From the NCBI RefSeq assembly GCF_024521635.1, contig NW_026250416.1:558001-622000 (forward strand): a stretch of 64,000 nt of DNA. The letters are read 5' to 3'. Each line of letters starts with the position of its first letter. The first letter of the stretch is position 1. The notes under the pieces are model-generated. The model worked only from the letters and a program-made list of their open reading frames with translations, had not been told where the DNA came from and ran no database searches. A program made the position numbers and the translations under genes. Shown here piece by piece: positions 1 through 13,232 of the stretch. The stretch is from Tricharina praecox. Taxonomy: Eukaryota.

Positions 1-1361
1 GGAGGCCTGTTGTGTTGTTGTGGTTGTTGTTTATTACCTAGGTGTGTTTTCAGCGAGAAGTCTGTGTTTTAGTTCGTGTTGTGTGTGTGTTGTGTGTGTG
101 TTGTGTGTGTTGTGTGTGTCCCTTCCGTTTCCGTTTCCGTTTTATATACGACGTCCGCCTTCACTTCACTTCATTTACCGTGATCTTTTTCTTCTTCTTT
201 TCTTCTTCTTTTCTATTCTTCTTGTCTTTACTCCTTCTTTTCTCCTTCTTTTCTACTTCTTTTTGGTGCGCTTTGCATGGTGGATTGGAGTCCGAAAGAT
301 GGATGTTTTTCTTGTTTCTTGCTTCTTGCTTCTTGCTTCTTGTTTCGTGTTTTGGAAAGTTTTATATTGCCTTCTTTCTTCTTTTCTTCTTCTTTTTTCG
401 CACTTGGGAGATGGAGATGGGTATGGAAAGGGGTGGTGGAAAGGGGAAGAGGGACAGAAGAGGAGGAGGAGGAGGGGGGGGAAGGGGATGGGGAATGGGA
501 GGGAGGACATGTTCATATTGAGATTTTTTGGTGGTTGGTTGGTTGGTGGTTTGGTAAATGCAAGAGAGGGGGTTGGAGCGATCCAGACGTTGTGCTGTGC
601 GAGAGTTCGTTGTGCGAGAGTTGGTGATGAGTACGAGAGTTGCGAGAGTTGGCGATGAGTTGGCGATGAGTGCGAGTGAGGTTCCGTGCACATGTGTCCC
701 GTCAATGAGCAGCGGTGGACTGAATAGGGGCCTGAAGGGGCCTCGGGGAGTAGGGGGAGTGGGGGGAGACGGCGGCTATTGCGCGTACTCTACAGAGGGG
801 AGGATGGGGCATCATGGCGCGTGGTGGCGGTCGGGCGGGCGGTGGCGGGTGGCGGGTGGGTGGTGGCGAGTGGTGGATGGCAGATTGCAGGTTGTAGATT
901 ACATAGCTCATGGATTTAAGTGGGGCGGGATGTGGAGTATCTCATCTGCTCGAGATGCTATGGCGGTTTGCAGCGAGCACGAGGCTTGCAGGAGCGATGC
1001 CTAGAGTCTTGAGGTCTGGCTGTTGTGCGCACTGCGTTCGCCGTGGGGCGTGGGGCGCTTGGTCACAGGCTCTCACTCGATAAGCTTGGAAAGTAGGCTG
1101 GCTTGGACGGATGGCTTGGACGGTTGTGTTCTTTTCTTGGTGCGCATCAACACAGGACGGGCTGGGCGGACAGCATAGGGCCTGGGGAAGCCACATTGAG
1201 GTTGCAACCAACGGTTGAAGACAGTGGGAACTCGGGAGCAATAGGATATGTAACTGCCATGATCCTATAAAGTCGAATGCAAACACGCTCAAACCAAAAA
1301 CCAAAACCAAGCTGTTCAACAGTGCTATGGACAGAACATGACCCCACACAACTCTCAAGAC

Positions 1362-1680
1362 TCAAGCCTTATAATGCTGAAACTCCTCCCCCTCCTCCTC
1401 AAAATCTAGTTCCGGCGCCTCCTCATACATGACATCGGTCCTCAGGGTATATTTCACGCCCCTCTCCATCTCCTCGCCCGAGTGGATCAACCACTGATGC
1501 TGAAAGACCAGGACTCTTCCCTGCACCGGCTCCACGTCCGCCACAGTCTTGTCGTAGTCGCCAAAGAACCGCGTAGAGCCGCCCACGTTCTCCGCATCGT
1601 TCTCGCCAAGGTACGAGTGGAACGTGAGGAGCGAGCGCTCCCGCCCGTCGGGCGTGATGTAGGAGCCGTCGCAGTGCGCT

Positions 1681-1718
<38 letters not shown>

Positions 1719-2286
1719 GCTGAGCCAAGGGAGGGGGCGGGGGTGAAGGGAGGGGGGGGAGCTTACGTTTAAAGTACTGACCCGGCCCATACTTCAAGAA
1801 CCTGAGCCTCTCATTAAGTCTGGTCAACCTCCACGGCCTAGGACCAAGCCAATGACTCCTCATGCCATCCCAGACCCTTTTCCCGGGCTTCGAGGTTCCC
1901 ACCGTCCTTACCACCGCGACCCCGGCCTCCTCCGCCTCCAAAAACGGCCTCACCCGCGCCAGCAGCATACCCGCTACCTCGGGCGAGTCCAGGATCAGCC
2001 GCGAGCTGTTGCGTACGTCGGTTGCCAGGGCCTGCGTGCCAAGGCCGGTGTTGATTAGGGCTGCTTCCCACGGGCTCCGAGAGGTCGCGTAGGTGAGCAA
2101 TGAGCGGCATTCGGAGGGCGTAAGCGCGTTCTCGATCAGCAGTGCGAAACAGGCGGGGGCCCGGAGCGAGCGGTGGACGGTTTGGGTCAAAGGGATCAGG
2201 CGCGCTGTGCAGTTCGCGGGGGGCGTGGGGGGGAGGAGGGGGAGTGAGGCGGCGGCGGAGGCGGAGGCGGCGGCGGGGGTGGTCAT
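1362..2286 (-). CDS. 2OG-Fe(II) dioxygenase, prolyl-4-hydroxylase-like; 2 exons, intron 1679-1766
   Basis: Splicing GTAAGC...GCTAAC-polyC-CAG joins RLNERLRFLKYGPGQYFK to PHCDGSY (HxD). Downstream are GGSTRF, GRVLVFQH, the distal His in LIHSGEE and KYTLRTDVMY, all typical of the family. Confidence 0.9.
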
Positions 2287-2913
2287 GCTGTGGTGCTGCT
2301 GCTGGTGGTGGGGCCCCTAATCTGAATGTGAATGGGAACCTGAACGTGAACATAAATGTGAACGAGCTGTGCGGATACTTATACTTATACCTCCTTATAC
2401 CCAGCTTTCCACACTCTATAAACCCCCCTCCCCGCACTCCGCATCGCGCTTGCACCCCTACAGCCTGTGACGTGTGAGACACCGAGCCTCAATCGCGGTT
2501 TCTCGTGCTTCGTGACGAGCGTGTGGAGCATGCATATGGATGCCTAATTCATGCGGAGCACCGGAGATCACCGGGGTGCGCTTGGGGTGCGCTGTCTGCC
2601 TCGATGAGTCACTGCATTGCATTGTGGATTGATGTGATGGTAGTGCAGTCTTACTCAGTCGCACAAACTTGGGATTGAGTTCGAGCTGGAGCTGGACCTG
2701 GAGCTGGACGATGCTCACGCAGAATGGAGCTTGGTGTATGGCAAGGTCTATTCACACTCAGATAGAGTAGACAAAATTACGAATCACATCCCAGACCAAG
2801 CCGTGCCAACAGAAGGATCCATATCTATGCTATATACAGTCCACATCTAACATCTAACATCCCAAACCCAAACGAAAGGTATCATTCAAGCACATGCGGC
2901 CTCCCACTCTACA

Positions 2914-5053
2914 CTACAACTTCGCCCTACCACCCGCCAACAACCCCGCCTCCACTGCCCTCCTCAGCACGACCTGCCAGACCTCCCTCTCGACGCCTTC
3001 GGGCACATCCGTAACGCCCTCCAGAACACCTCTAAAGAACCTCCTCTGGGTCTTCCCGGACCTGGTCCTGGGCACAGACGCAGCGGGAATAGAGACGATC
3101 TCCTTGACGGCGGCGATGGGGCCGACTTCATTCCTGACGGCCTCTCTAATCCTCGCTTTGACCTCCGCCTCGTCGGCATCCTTGACGCACTGCTTCAGCA
3201 CCACGAACGCGACCGGCATCTGACCCTTGAGCTCGTCCTTGATGGGCACAACGAACGCCTCGGCGACGCCGTCGACAGCGGAGACGACACCCTCGATGAC
3301 CGCGGTGCCGAGGCGGTGCGCGGCAACATTGATGACGTCGTCGCCGCGGGCGACGATGGTGAGGTACCCCTCCTCGTCGACGAGGCCGACATCGCCCGTG
3401 TCCATCCACTTGCCGTTGAAGCGGCGGTAATACGACGTCCACAGACGCTCCGGCTCATCCCAGAGGCCGCTGAGGGCGGTGGGGGAGAGCGGGAGGCCGA
3501 GGACCACGTTGCCTTGCGTATTCGGCGGGAGCACCTCCCCAGTCTCGGAGACCACCTGGATGTTCCAGCCCGGAAGCGGTTTTCCCGCGGAGCCCGGCTT
3601 GGAGTGTTGGCCCTGAAGCAGGCCGGTCATGGGCGAGCCGGACTCGGTAGACCACCAGTTGTCGACGACGCGGGCGCCGGGGGCACAGTGCTTCGTCAGG
3701 AGCGCCTCGAAGCGGGAGACGAGTGCGGGCTCGCTGCGTTCGCCGGCAAGGAACAGTGCCCGTAGAGATGTTATGTTCCTTTTCTGCATCCCGTCCAGAT
3801 TCGGATCGTCGCGGCTGATGGCGCGGAGAGCGGACGGCGCGCAGAAGAGGACATTGACTTTGTGTTCCTCCACGAGACGCCAGAATGCGCCGGCATCGGG
3901 AGTGCCGATGGGCTTTCCCTCGTACATGACTGTTGCTGCACCGGCGAGGAGCGGTGCGTAGACTATGTAGGCGTGGCCAACGACCCAGCCGATGTCGCTG
4001 AGGCAACACATGACGTCTCCTCTTCCGACCGCCATGAGCTCGCGCATTGTGAAGGACAATCCGACGAGATGGGAGAGCGGCCGCACCACACCCTTTGGCG
4101 TTCCAGTTGTACCCGATGTATGAAGGATGTAGTGCGGTGCTGTGGCCGGTAGGGACTGGCCTATCTCGACCTCTTTGTCGGTGCCTGGGATTTTCTGCAC
4201 AGTAACAAACGGAGGACGAACACCGGGACCATTACGGAGCCGTGCCGACCGAATGAGAGATCCCCAATTGAGCTCGTGGCTAGCCTGCTTCGTGACAGCG
4301 TGTAGCTGCGGCCGTTGGTGGAGGAGGGTGTAGCGGGGCTTGAACTTTGATTTATTGATAGCCTCTCGGACCTACCCTCACATCAAACATCAGCTACAGA
4401 CCGGGACGGGAGGGGAGGACAAACAGAGCCGGTCTTACAAATGGCAGGTACGGGATAACCCGCTTACCCTCGATTCCGCAGCTGGCGGTCATGACGACGA
4501 GCGGCCGCGCACTCTCAATCCGTTTCGCACACTCCGCCGGCGCAAACCCTCCGAACACGACGACGTGGACAGCGCCGATGTGCGTACAGGCGAGCATTGC
4601 GATCAACGCCTCAGGAATCATAGGCACTGCGTCACGCATCACCGGTCAGCCATCCCGTCGCGTCAATTCCTACGCCAGATGCAGCATATATAACCACTCA
4701 CTATAGATCAACACGCGCTCCCCCTTCTTAACGCCGAGATTCCTGAGGACCTCCGCGGCGAGCTCCATCTCCGTCTGTAGCTGGGCATAGGAGATCCTCC
4801 TGCTCTCGCCCGCAACGGGCGAATCCCACATCACGGCGAGGTCGTTGCCGCGTCCGTCCAGTACGTGCCGCGTAACTAGGTTGTAGCTCGCCGATAAGCT
4901 CCCGTTTGGGAACCAGCTCCATTTCGGGGGCTGGTCGGCGGGTGAGACGTGCGGTTGCAGCACGGTCAGGGGCGGTGCTGTCCATGTGAGCTGGCTGGCT
5001 TCGCGCGCCCAGAACGTGGTCGGTGAGGAGAGGGACTCGGCGTGGGCGTCCAT
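2914..5053 (-). CDS. Acetyl/propionyl-CoA synthetase (AMP-binding, ACSS3/PrpE-like); introns 4627-4701 and 4372-4438
   Basis: AMP-binding motif YILHTSGTTGTPKG, SDIGWVVGH, DNWWSTESG, TGD, and PRTRSGK at the C-terminus. Splicing gives YMPMIPEA and VVFGGFA. The start at MDAHAESL is the first in-frame ATG I could find. Confidence 0.92.
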
Positions 5054-6674
5054 GTTTACTTTACGTTGTGGATGAGGTGGAGGAGGGGAGGGAGAGGGAG
5101 GACGGGGGAGAGGAGAGGAATGTGGCTGGCTGGCTGGCTGGCTGGCGACCTGTTGAGATAAAGATGGCGGGCGGCAGCGCAGCTTTATCCCCCCAGCTTC
5201 CAACTTCCAAGTGCTCACTCACTCACATGCGCGGTGCATACATCCATACCCCATAGATAGCTGTCTCGGCTGGTGGTGCATCGGACAAGTGGAATGAACA
5301 AGCAGTGTGGAGTGTGGGGTAGGCGAGAGTGTCCGTCTGGGGGAAGAGCTGGCCCACGAACCAACGACGGGACAGGGATGGTGGATCGCCCAGCGTCACC
5401 CACCACTCACCCCTCTTCGTGCATACTCTACATAGACTCGGTGACTCGGTAACTCGGCCATGCTGGAACAGACTCTACTCTAGTAACTAAACCCCAATCA
5501 TGGTGAACTCAACAGCCGAGCACCACCGTCCTCCTGCTGCTGGGAGTTCGATTTGAACCTCTTCTGAATACTTTATTGTATTGAACAGCAGAGTACCTAA
5601 TCTACACACGCAGCTCTAGCTATCGTCAAATTCGTAGACCCAAGGAGCCGAATCCCCACGTTCCCGTAGGCCGTAAGCTGCAAGCTGCAGCAAGCGACCG
5701 TGATTGATTATCAATGCGTCCCCCCGTCCCCGACTCCCGAGAGGATACTCTACATACATACATTGACGGAAGCCGAGCAAAAATCACGGCTATCGACTCG
5801 GACAGCCGGAACGACGTCAGCCATGCAGAGGGTAGGGTATGCAGAGGGTATGTATACAGAGGGTGTGGAACGAGGAAGCATGGGCTATCACTCCCGTGGC
5901 AGGTTCCGTGGGATGCAGGCCGCGCACCACTGTGTGGAGTACTCTACAAGGTGCATAGGGGAAAATTGAGTAGGACTCGAGTGAGTGAGACGGGAACAGG
6001 TGGAAATGGGAAATGGGAAATGGGAAATGGCTTGTTGTGCTTGGAAATGGTCGAAGATGGAACTAACCTCCCCGTCATTGAGTTGATGTGCCGATAACTC
6101 GTCGAGTGTTGACTTCTCTGAATTGAGAATGATCCCCCAAGCTAGCACTCCGTGAAGTCAAAGACAATCGCGCCTCGGAGTTTAGTTAATTGGTAGATAA
6201 AGTAAATTGGTTTCTGTTGGGGGATCAGTGGAACATCCCAAGTCCCGTGGAGCCTGCTGTGCCCATTCAACCACGCCTGCTCTGGACAGACAGACGAACA
6301 TGACTTCCCCACATAACTAGTTTCCACTCTAGTTATGCCAACCCGATTCGCGTGTATATAGGGTCAACGTTCTGATCTAGTCAGGTACTTAGGTTGTTTT
6401 CAGGAGCAACTAGTAGGCCAGTTAGCGCACACATCGTGATCATGAGACAAGACAACATTCATCGCCACCGGAGGATCCGATTGAGCATTGGAACGGCCTC
6501 AATTCAATTTATTCTTCGGGGCCCATTCGCAGATATCGACATCCTTCCTCCAACCAGTAGAACAAATAGAAACAAATTCAACATCGAAACCCCAAACTAC
6601 AAACCGCTGGCAAAGCAAATATCCCACAAAACCCAGGAAACCCCAACCCATGTAACCACCAGCAACCATTCCGC

Positions 6675-9212
6675 TCATTCGAACCTAGCCGTGACCACGC
6701 CGCAGACGGTATTATCGAGCACCAGCTCGAAATGCATCACCTCGTCGACGAGCGAAAGCCTTAGTTCGTACTCGACACGGTAGTACCGCTCGCCCATGCT
6801 ATTCGTCCGCACCGGGAACTTTTCGGTCGGGATACTTGACAGATCCGAGCGCAGCGAGACGAGTCTTCGGATGGCTGTGCGTGCACTGTGTCAGCGACTT
6901 CATCCCCCGGGATATATACGATGCGTGCGAAAGTAATCCTATGTAGCATACCTTCCACGTTCTTCCACTGGTAGTCCGGCGCGTTGTCGAGGTCGCAAAG
7001 CACCAGCTCGTCGTGGAACGTCATGTACGGCGCCATTCCCCGGATTGCGGGAACGGGAACGGTGCGGTAGAATGGCAGCGACACGAACACTGTGTTTCCG
7101 AGAACCATATTCTGGACGGCGCTATCAGCACAATTGAAAGAGCCTGTTGAAAATCTTAAGTTGCTACACACCTTCTCAATGTACCAGTTGAGATGTCCAT
7201 CTACCATGTACATCTCATCCGAGCTGTCCCAGTACTTGTGGTCCTCCAGACCGTTGCCGGCGTAGTAAGGGCTGCAGGACACACATCCATAATACCGTCG
7301 TGCTCGCCGTTCCTTGACGATTGAGCCGTCGAGACCTCGCAGAAGTGCACCGCGAGCCTGTGAAACTTGTCAAACAGATGCCATATATATGGGGGAGATA
7401 CTCGGTTCTTACGATGGCACTCCGTCTGAATAGTCGGCACGTTAGTTTCAGGACCAGGTGCGACGAGAGAATCTAGACTTACGCGTTCATTGGCTGGAGG
7501 ACCTGAAGGATCTTATCTCCCTGTCCATACCGCGCGCCTTGAAGTCGCTTTAGGAGGTATTCCGAGGACCCGAATCCACCGACGAGAAGAATTGCCTGCG
7601 AATGTGAGTGCTTGTACGCGGTGTTCTGAACGGTATCCGCACCTTGACGGCCTCCCCCTTCCTCTCTACATCCCTGACCTGGTCCTTCACCAGCGTAACG
7701 ATGCGGTCGACAACCGGATCGAAGATTGTCCTCACATCTTCTCTATCGATATTTGACCGACGTTAGGCGACTTCTCCAAGGAAGGGAACGAAATTGGGTG
7801 TTTACTAACTCTTCCATAGTGTGGAAACTCTCTTCGATTCTCTTCGCCCTGTTGTCCGGAACACCTGGAAGATTGACCTCCAGTTCTGTCGAACTGTTTC
7901 CGAATCTGAACTTGACCTTTCAAGGAATCAGCACGCCGTAAAAGCCGCCCATGCTGTCTGTTTTGTCTCACCCTCTCCTCCCATGTTCGCATCATCGCGC
8001 TTTTCGATCGCGGCTTCATCGCATCGATAACTCTGTTACCGACAACACCTCTAATGTACCGTTCGAACCCTTCATCCAAGAAGACGGAGCTGTTGAGTGG
8101 ACATCAGGATTGTATTGACGCGGAGGGGAGGCATCAGGGATCACTCACCCGCACATACCACCCGTGCCGCTCACGCACTCGTCCAGTCGTAATGGGTTCA
8201 GATCTTTGATTCGGTAAGATATCAAGTCTCTGACATGACACAAACAGGTCAGCTCAGGTCCTAGGTAGCACTCGAGTCGTACACTAGGACTCACACTGTT
8301 CCACCACCAGCATCACAGATAATGAAGACATCTCCACGCTAGCAGGAGTCAGCTAATCTACAGACCGGAGGAGAGGGGGTGACATCGGACATACATTGAG
8401 GTTATTTGGCTGGATAGCCTTGAGGGTATAAGACGCCGCGCTCTCCGGCTCAGATACCAGATGGAAATCGACGCGATGCGCCCCAAAGCCCGCATCCTCC
8501 GCCGCCTTTATCATATGGCTCTTTGCCGTATCTGTCCAGATTGCCGGCACCGTCAAGATATACTCGACCTTCGACCTGCGCACCCACTGCACCTCGTACG
8601 TGCGCTCCATGCTGGCTATTGTAATTTCGCGGACGGATCTCAAGAAGTCTGCGACCACCGTGACCGGCTGCATGTGAAGATCCTCGAGCTGCAACGCCGT
8701 CTTCCTCTCGGGCGTCTCCATGGGCGCCGTCGCATCGGCTACCACAGCCATCAACGAGAGCCCACCGACCAAGGCCTCCAGTCCCGCATTGCGATACGAG
8801 GAGCGCGGCTGAATCGCAGGCGGCCGCTCATTACGCACCGACCTCGACGCCCCACTCTGGTTCTGCAGCAGGAGCTTGAACCATTTGAGGGGCTCGCCGC
8901 CCCGGCGGCTGTTGGCAACCTCGTAGCCCCAGCGCATCGCGCGTGTGGTGGGATCGTACGCCACTTCGGACGGCACTTGGTCCGCCGAGGAGTGCCCCGG
9001 ACTGCCGTTCGGCCATGTCTGCACCAGCTTCACCTCCTCCGGACTCGCGGAATGGGCGAACGCTACCGACGTAAAGGTCGTGCCGAAGTCGAGGCCTGGA
9101 AGGAAAAGTCAGTAACGTGTTTCGATTTCCCCGCTTCGGCTGCATGAGGAGGGAGGGAAGAGGGGTGCTTGCCTACGACGAAGCGACTCTGCGTATCCCC
9201 GGATGCCACCAT
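6675..9212 (-). CDS. Atypical Hsp70-family / actin-like ATPase (HSPA12-like fungal clade); multi-exon, first intron GC-AG at 9096-9172
   Basis: Spliced product contains VVGLDFGTT, LTVPAIW, SEPESAA, ICDAGGGTVDLISY, CGSVFLD and LVGGFGSSEYL (Hsp70 nucleotide-binding motifs). The C-terminus is not a canonical DnaK substrate-binding domain and has no EEVD. Confidence 0.88.
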
Positions 9213-9457
9213 TGTCTCGCTGTCACCAACTGTCGATAGTCTTGTCTTTGTGAGCTTGTCGCGGCGCGCAGTAATGGATATCGTAGCGGAATATGGCAAT
9301 ATGGTAAGAAATGGGGAGCAAACAAGCTTCGTAGGTAGATGGGGGATGATAAGTGGGGGAGTTTAAGGGTATCTGCTAACGAAGCAAGCAAGGGAATGGC
9401 TGTGCAACGGGAGCTGTTAGCCCTGCAACCAGGCCGGGTTTCGAGGACAGCCAACAC

Positions 9458-9458
<1 letters not shown>

Positions 9459-9515
<57 letters not shown>
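9459..9515. repeat. (CAA)n microsatellite, about 19 units
   Basis: Perfect CAA run in the intergenic region between the divergent Hsp70-like and coiled-coil genes. Confidence 0.95.
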
Positions 9516-10328
9516 GAACAACAGGCAGCAGGAATGTGACAGGACGAAGTAGCTGCAGGAAGAGCGACAAGTAGCTATTGGCAGGCAGGCGGTCCACCAA
9601 GGCTATGGCGAAAAGCGGGGAGGGGAACGTTACTCAAGGGCGAGAGTATAGTAGTGATATGTACCTATCTGATATTATCCGTTGTGTGCGTGGCGGGAGC
9701 GAGTGGAGGCGCAGGATGCGCACTCGCTACCTGCAGCCAGCCAATGGTTGCGATGGACATCCCTCACAACTGCGGGGATGGGAATCCGCACACCACCCGA
9801 GACGACTCCATGGACTGACTGCCTGGCTCCACCAGAAGGCTGTCGATTTCTATGTAGCTGCAGAGCTTTGTCGTATTCGCCTTGTCGCTCAGTCCCCATT
9901 CGATCTCCCCCGATGGCACGCAGGAGAAACCCTCTTTCCTCCAACCAAATAGCACTGCATATATACTCATCGAACAAGTGGGTGGGTGGCCGGGTGCGAG
10001 GGTGTAGAGTAAGTTCAGACCCCGCATCCTACAGCATTCCTTATGTACTCTACATGCATCTCGATCGCTTCCCCTCATAGTACCTTCGCCTTCCCTCTTC
10101 GCCCAACCCTCCCTCCTGTCCCCCATCGAGGTCGAGGTCAGAACCACCAACATCAACACCTTACTCCCCGTGCCGGCTCTCGTTCATAAAGGCCCCCCCG
10201 CATAGCTCCTTAATCCTCGCACATACCCACTTCTCCTGAAACAACAGTGTAACGACAGCGGAAACGGAGACGGAGACGCTCAAATCCACCAACTATACAA
10301 TCTCGCAATCCACAGATAATCGTTGAGG

Positions 10329-12438
10329 ATGGGGACGAGCGATCGGCCACTTCCTGGCGTTTGGGGTGCGCCAGATTATGTGAGTAGATACATGTCTTGC
10401 GGCTAGGGACGGAGGAGGAGGAGGCAGCGGCGGCGGAGGTGCTAAGCGGATCGCAGAACAGCCGAAGTAGTACCTACCGTGGCCCCAGTGCTGCAAAGGA
10501 AGTACTACGGAGTCGTATGGAACGCCAACAACAGATTCAAAATTCTCGACATGATGAACGCCTACTTGAGGAACGCCTACTTGAGGAACGCCAGGCTCGT
10601 CTTGATCAACGAGCACGTGCAGAGGCAGCACGTGTAGAGGCAGCACGTGTAGAAACAGAACAGATAGAGGCAGCATTTGCAGAATCTGCACGTGAACAGC
10701 GGGAGCTAGAAGAGCGGGAGCGGGCCCTTCAGAGATCGAGCATCATATCGCACAACGAACCACCTCCAGACCTCGTGCAATTATCGTCCGACGCCATTAA
10801 GATGGACACTACGCCAGACCCCGGTTTTGGGGCCATCGGTATGCATCCAGTCGACAAGAAATTCGACGAGACGCGGTCCGATAAGCTGCAGCCAGAGGAT
10901 GGCATCCGAAGTCAGTCCGTTCACGACAAGAGAGCCGAGGGTGTGCCGGTCCACAACGAGTTCCACGACCCTGGCGAGTACGCCCCGCGGCAAGATAGGG
11001 ACGATGACAGAGAGTGGCAAGTTGCAAAGGGTTATAGGGATAGGAAGAGAACGTCACAATCGAAATCCAGGGAGAAGTCCGGAGGGGGGGCGCATCCGGG
11101 CAAATCGCTCGAGAGGCCTATTGAAAGACCATCCGGGGGAATCATAAATACTGCACTTGCCAAAATACATAGAATGACTATGAGCCCCGAGCAAGAGCGC
11201 GACGATTGGAGGAGGAAATATGAGGAACTGGACCGAAATTACGGCCAGATGGAAGATTATTACAACCAACAGAAGGATAAAGCCGACGACCTTAAAGCGA
11301 AACTCAGGTCAGAGAAAGATCATTCGCACCTGTTGCGGGAAGAGTGCGATGTCATCAGCGGTGTTAGAGACGAGTTCAAAAACAGGTGTCACCATAACCA
11401 GCGAGCCTACGAAGACGCAGAAAGACGCGCACACAATCTCCAGAAAGATCTTTTCACGAAGACTGATGAATTCCTCAAAGAAAGGGATCACTTGAAGACC
11501 CAGATCGACGAGTTGTACACATCTCACATCAGATCAGTAAACACCGTTGGCACGGGCCTGGATCCCATCTCGGATGATGCAATTGGCAAGAGGTTCACAG
11601 ATCTGTCCGACGAGGTGGGCGTCTGCTCCCTTATGAATAACAAACTTCACCGACTAATCCAATGTAGATCTATTTATGGTGTCGACAAACTTTCAGGGGA
11701 AAGCCAGATATTATGAAACTGGCTGAACTCGATCCTTTCGTGCGTGAAAAGATGTATAGACTACTAGGATCCAGGCTCCTCGACACAGACACAATAAGCT
11801 ACTCCCGCCTTATTGAGACGATTACTTGGGGATATATCGAATCGGCGATTTTCTCCGTATGGTTTCCTAGGATGGTTCCTGATTATCTCGAGACTATAGG
11901 CACCCTTCAGGAGTGGATTACAGCCGGTGGTACGTAAAGTTGTTAAGTTCCTATATTACCCCCCTTATTAACGAGATTCCCAACAGACAAATCGCTCCAC
12001 AAAGAGCGAAAGGAATTTTGGCGGGCCTACACATGTTCATTGCTCTTCCAAAACAACACCGTTGCGGCGAGTCTCCAAGATGTCGATCACTTCATGGAAG
12101 CTTTGTCGAGTCTCTACGGATCCGTCCAGCGGGACAAGATAGGCCTGTCCGAATCAAAGGCCGGCGCGCTCCAGCAGCGTCTGCGGAAGGCAATGGTGTT
12201 GGCCGCAGAGCTGAAGTGCCAGCGCGGTGCCTACGAGCTCGACGACAACATCATGATTGGCGATCCGTACGACGAGACTCGTATGGACGATGTCGGATTC
12301 ACCGAGGACACGTGTGAGACTCCCGTCGTCTCCTGTATCTTGTCGAAGGGCTGGGTGCGCAGGCCGTTCGCTGGGGCGGAGAGAGTCGACTCGCGGGTTT
12401 ACAAGGCGAGGGTTTTGGTCGAGGAGGCAAGGAAGTGA
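10329..12438 (+). CDS. Hypothetical coiled-coil protein with a GrpE-head-like C-terminal motif; introns 10380-10456, 11615-11667, 11930-11986
   Basis: All three GT-AG introns keep the frame from MGTSDRPLPG through E/R/K-rich helical segments, FWRAYT and AMVLAAELKCQR to IGDPYDETRMDDV...VVSCILSKGW...RVYKARVLV. Confidence 0.8.
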
Positions 12439-12843
12439 TGTGTGTGTGTGCGAGTGTGCAGTGGGAAGAGTGCTGGATGATGGTGGTTTTTTTTCTTCAT
12501 GATTTGTTGGTTCTTGATCACGCTGGAGGGTCTTTTGGTCTGCGGTATCTATAGTGGATACATGGTACTTAGTTGTCGGTGAGATCAAGTCCTGTTGCAA
12601 CTTACAACCTGTGTGCGTTCACTCCAGTACATTAGGTACCTACATTTGAGGCAGAGTATAATTGCAACCAGTCACACAAATCAGACCAACCCCACCCTAC
12701 CTGCTTCCATACCTACCCCACACTTGGATCATTCGGCATAGCCCACTCGCCAGCCTCGGCATTTAGTGCATGCATTCAACGAAAGTGATGGTACCTACAG
12801 AGCTGAGTTCGGCCGGGATCCTGCAGGCGTGTGAGCACTGAGG

Positions 12844-13232
12844 CAGTGTTCTCCGTCGCCCGGTCCGGACGGCCAAAACGCCGGACGGTCCGAGCCTAGG
12901 ACGGATGGGTCGGTCCCGTCCAAGTCACGTGAATATGATTCTGCTGATTGATGATTTCCTAGCACCGATATCTATCCCACTCACCACCGCGTCAGTTCAT
13001 CCCTCACCGTTCCACAAACCTTTGAACAGTAGTAGTATGTATGCTGACTCGGACGCCCAAAGTGCAGCGCCCGGTCCCAATCACAGCCGACAGGCATCAT
13101 ATCTCACTTGACCACCCAAGGTCCACGCCCGAATTCAGGTTTTTACCGTCCTCCGTCCGCTGGAAAAACCTTGGCCGTCACAGGCTAGGCTGGGACGGAC
13201 GGAACGGACGGATCGGACGATGGAGAATACTG
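12844..13232. mobile_element. Putative non-autonomous TIR element (MITE, hAT-like CAGTGTT terminus), 389 bp
   Basis: Left end CAGTGTTCTCCGTCGCCCGGTCCG against reverse-complemented right end CAGTATTCTCCATCGTCCGATCCG (20/24 match). Many subterminal GGACGG/CCGTCC motifs, no coding capacity, no clear TSD. Confidence 0.65.

Noticed and set aside
20-705. Several 100-200 aa ORFs at the window start
   Set aside because: They arise from TG, CTT and GGA low-complexity UTR-like sequence and show no protein-like composition.
9339-9600. Poly-Gln and poly-Val ORFs
   Set aside because: Translations of the (CAA)n microsatellite.
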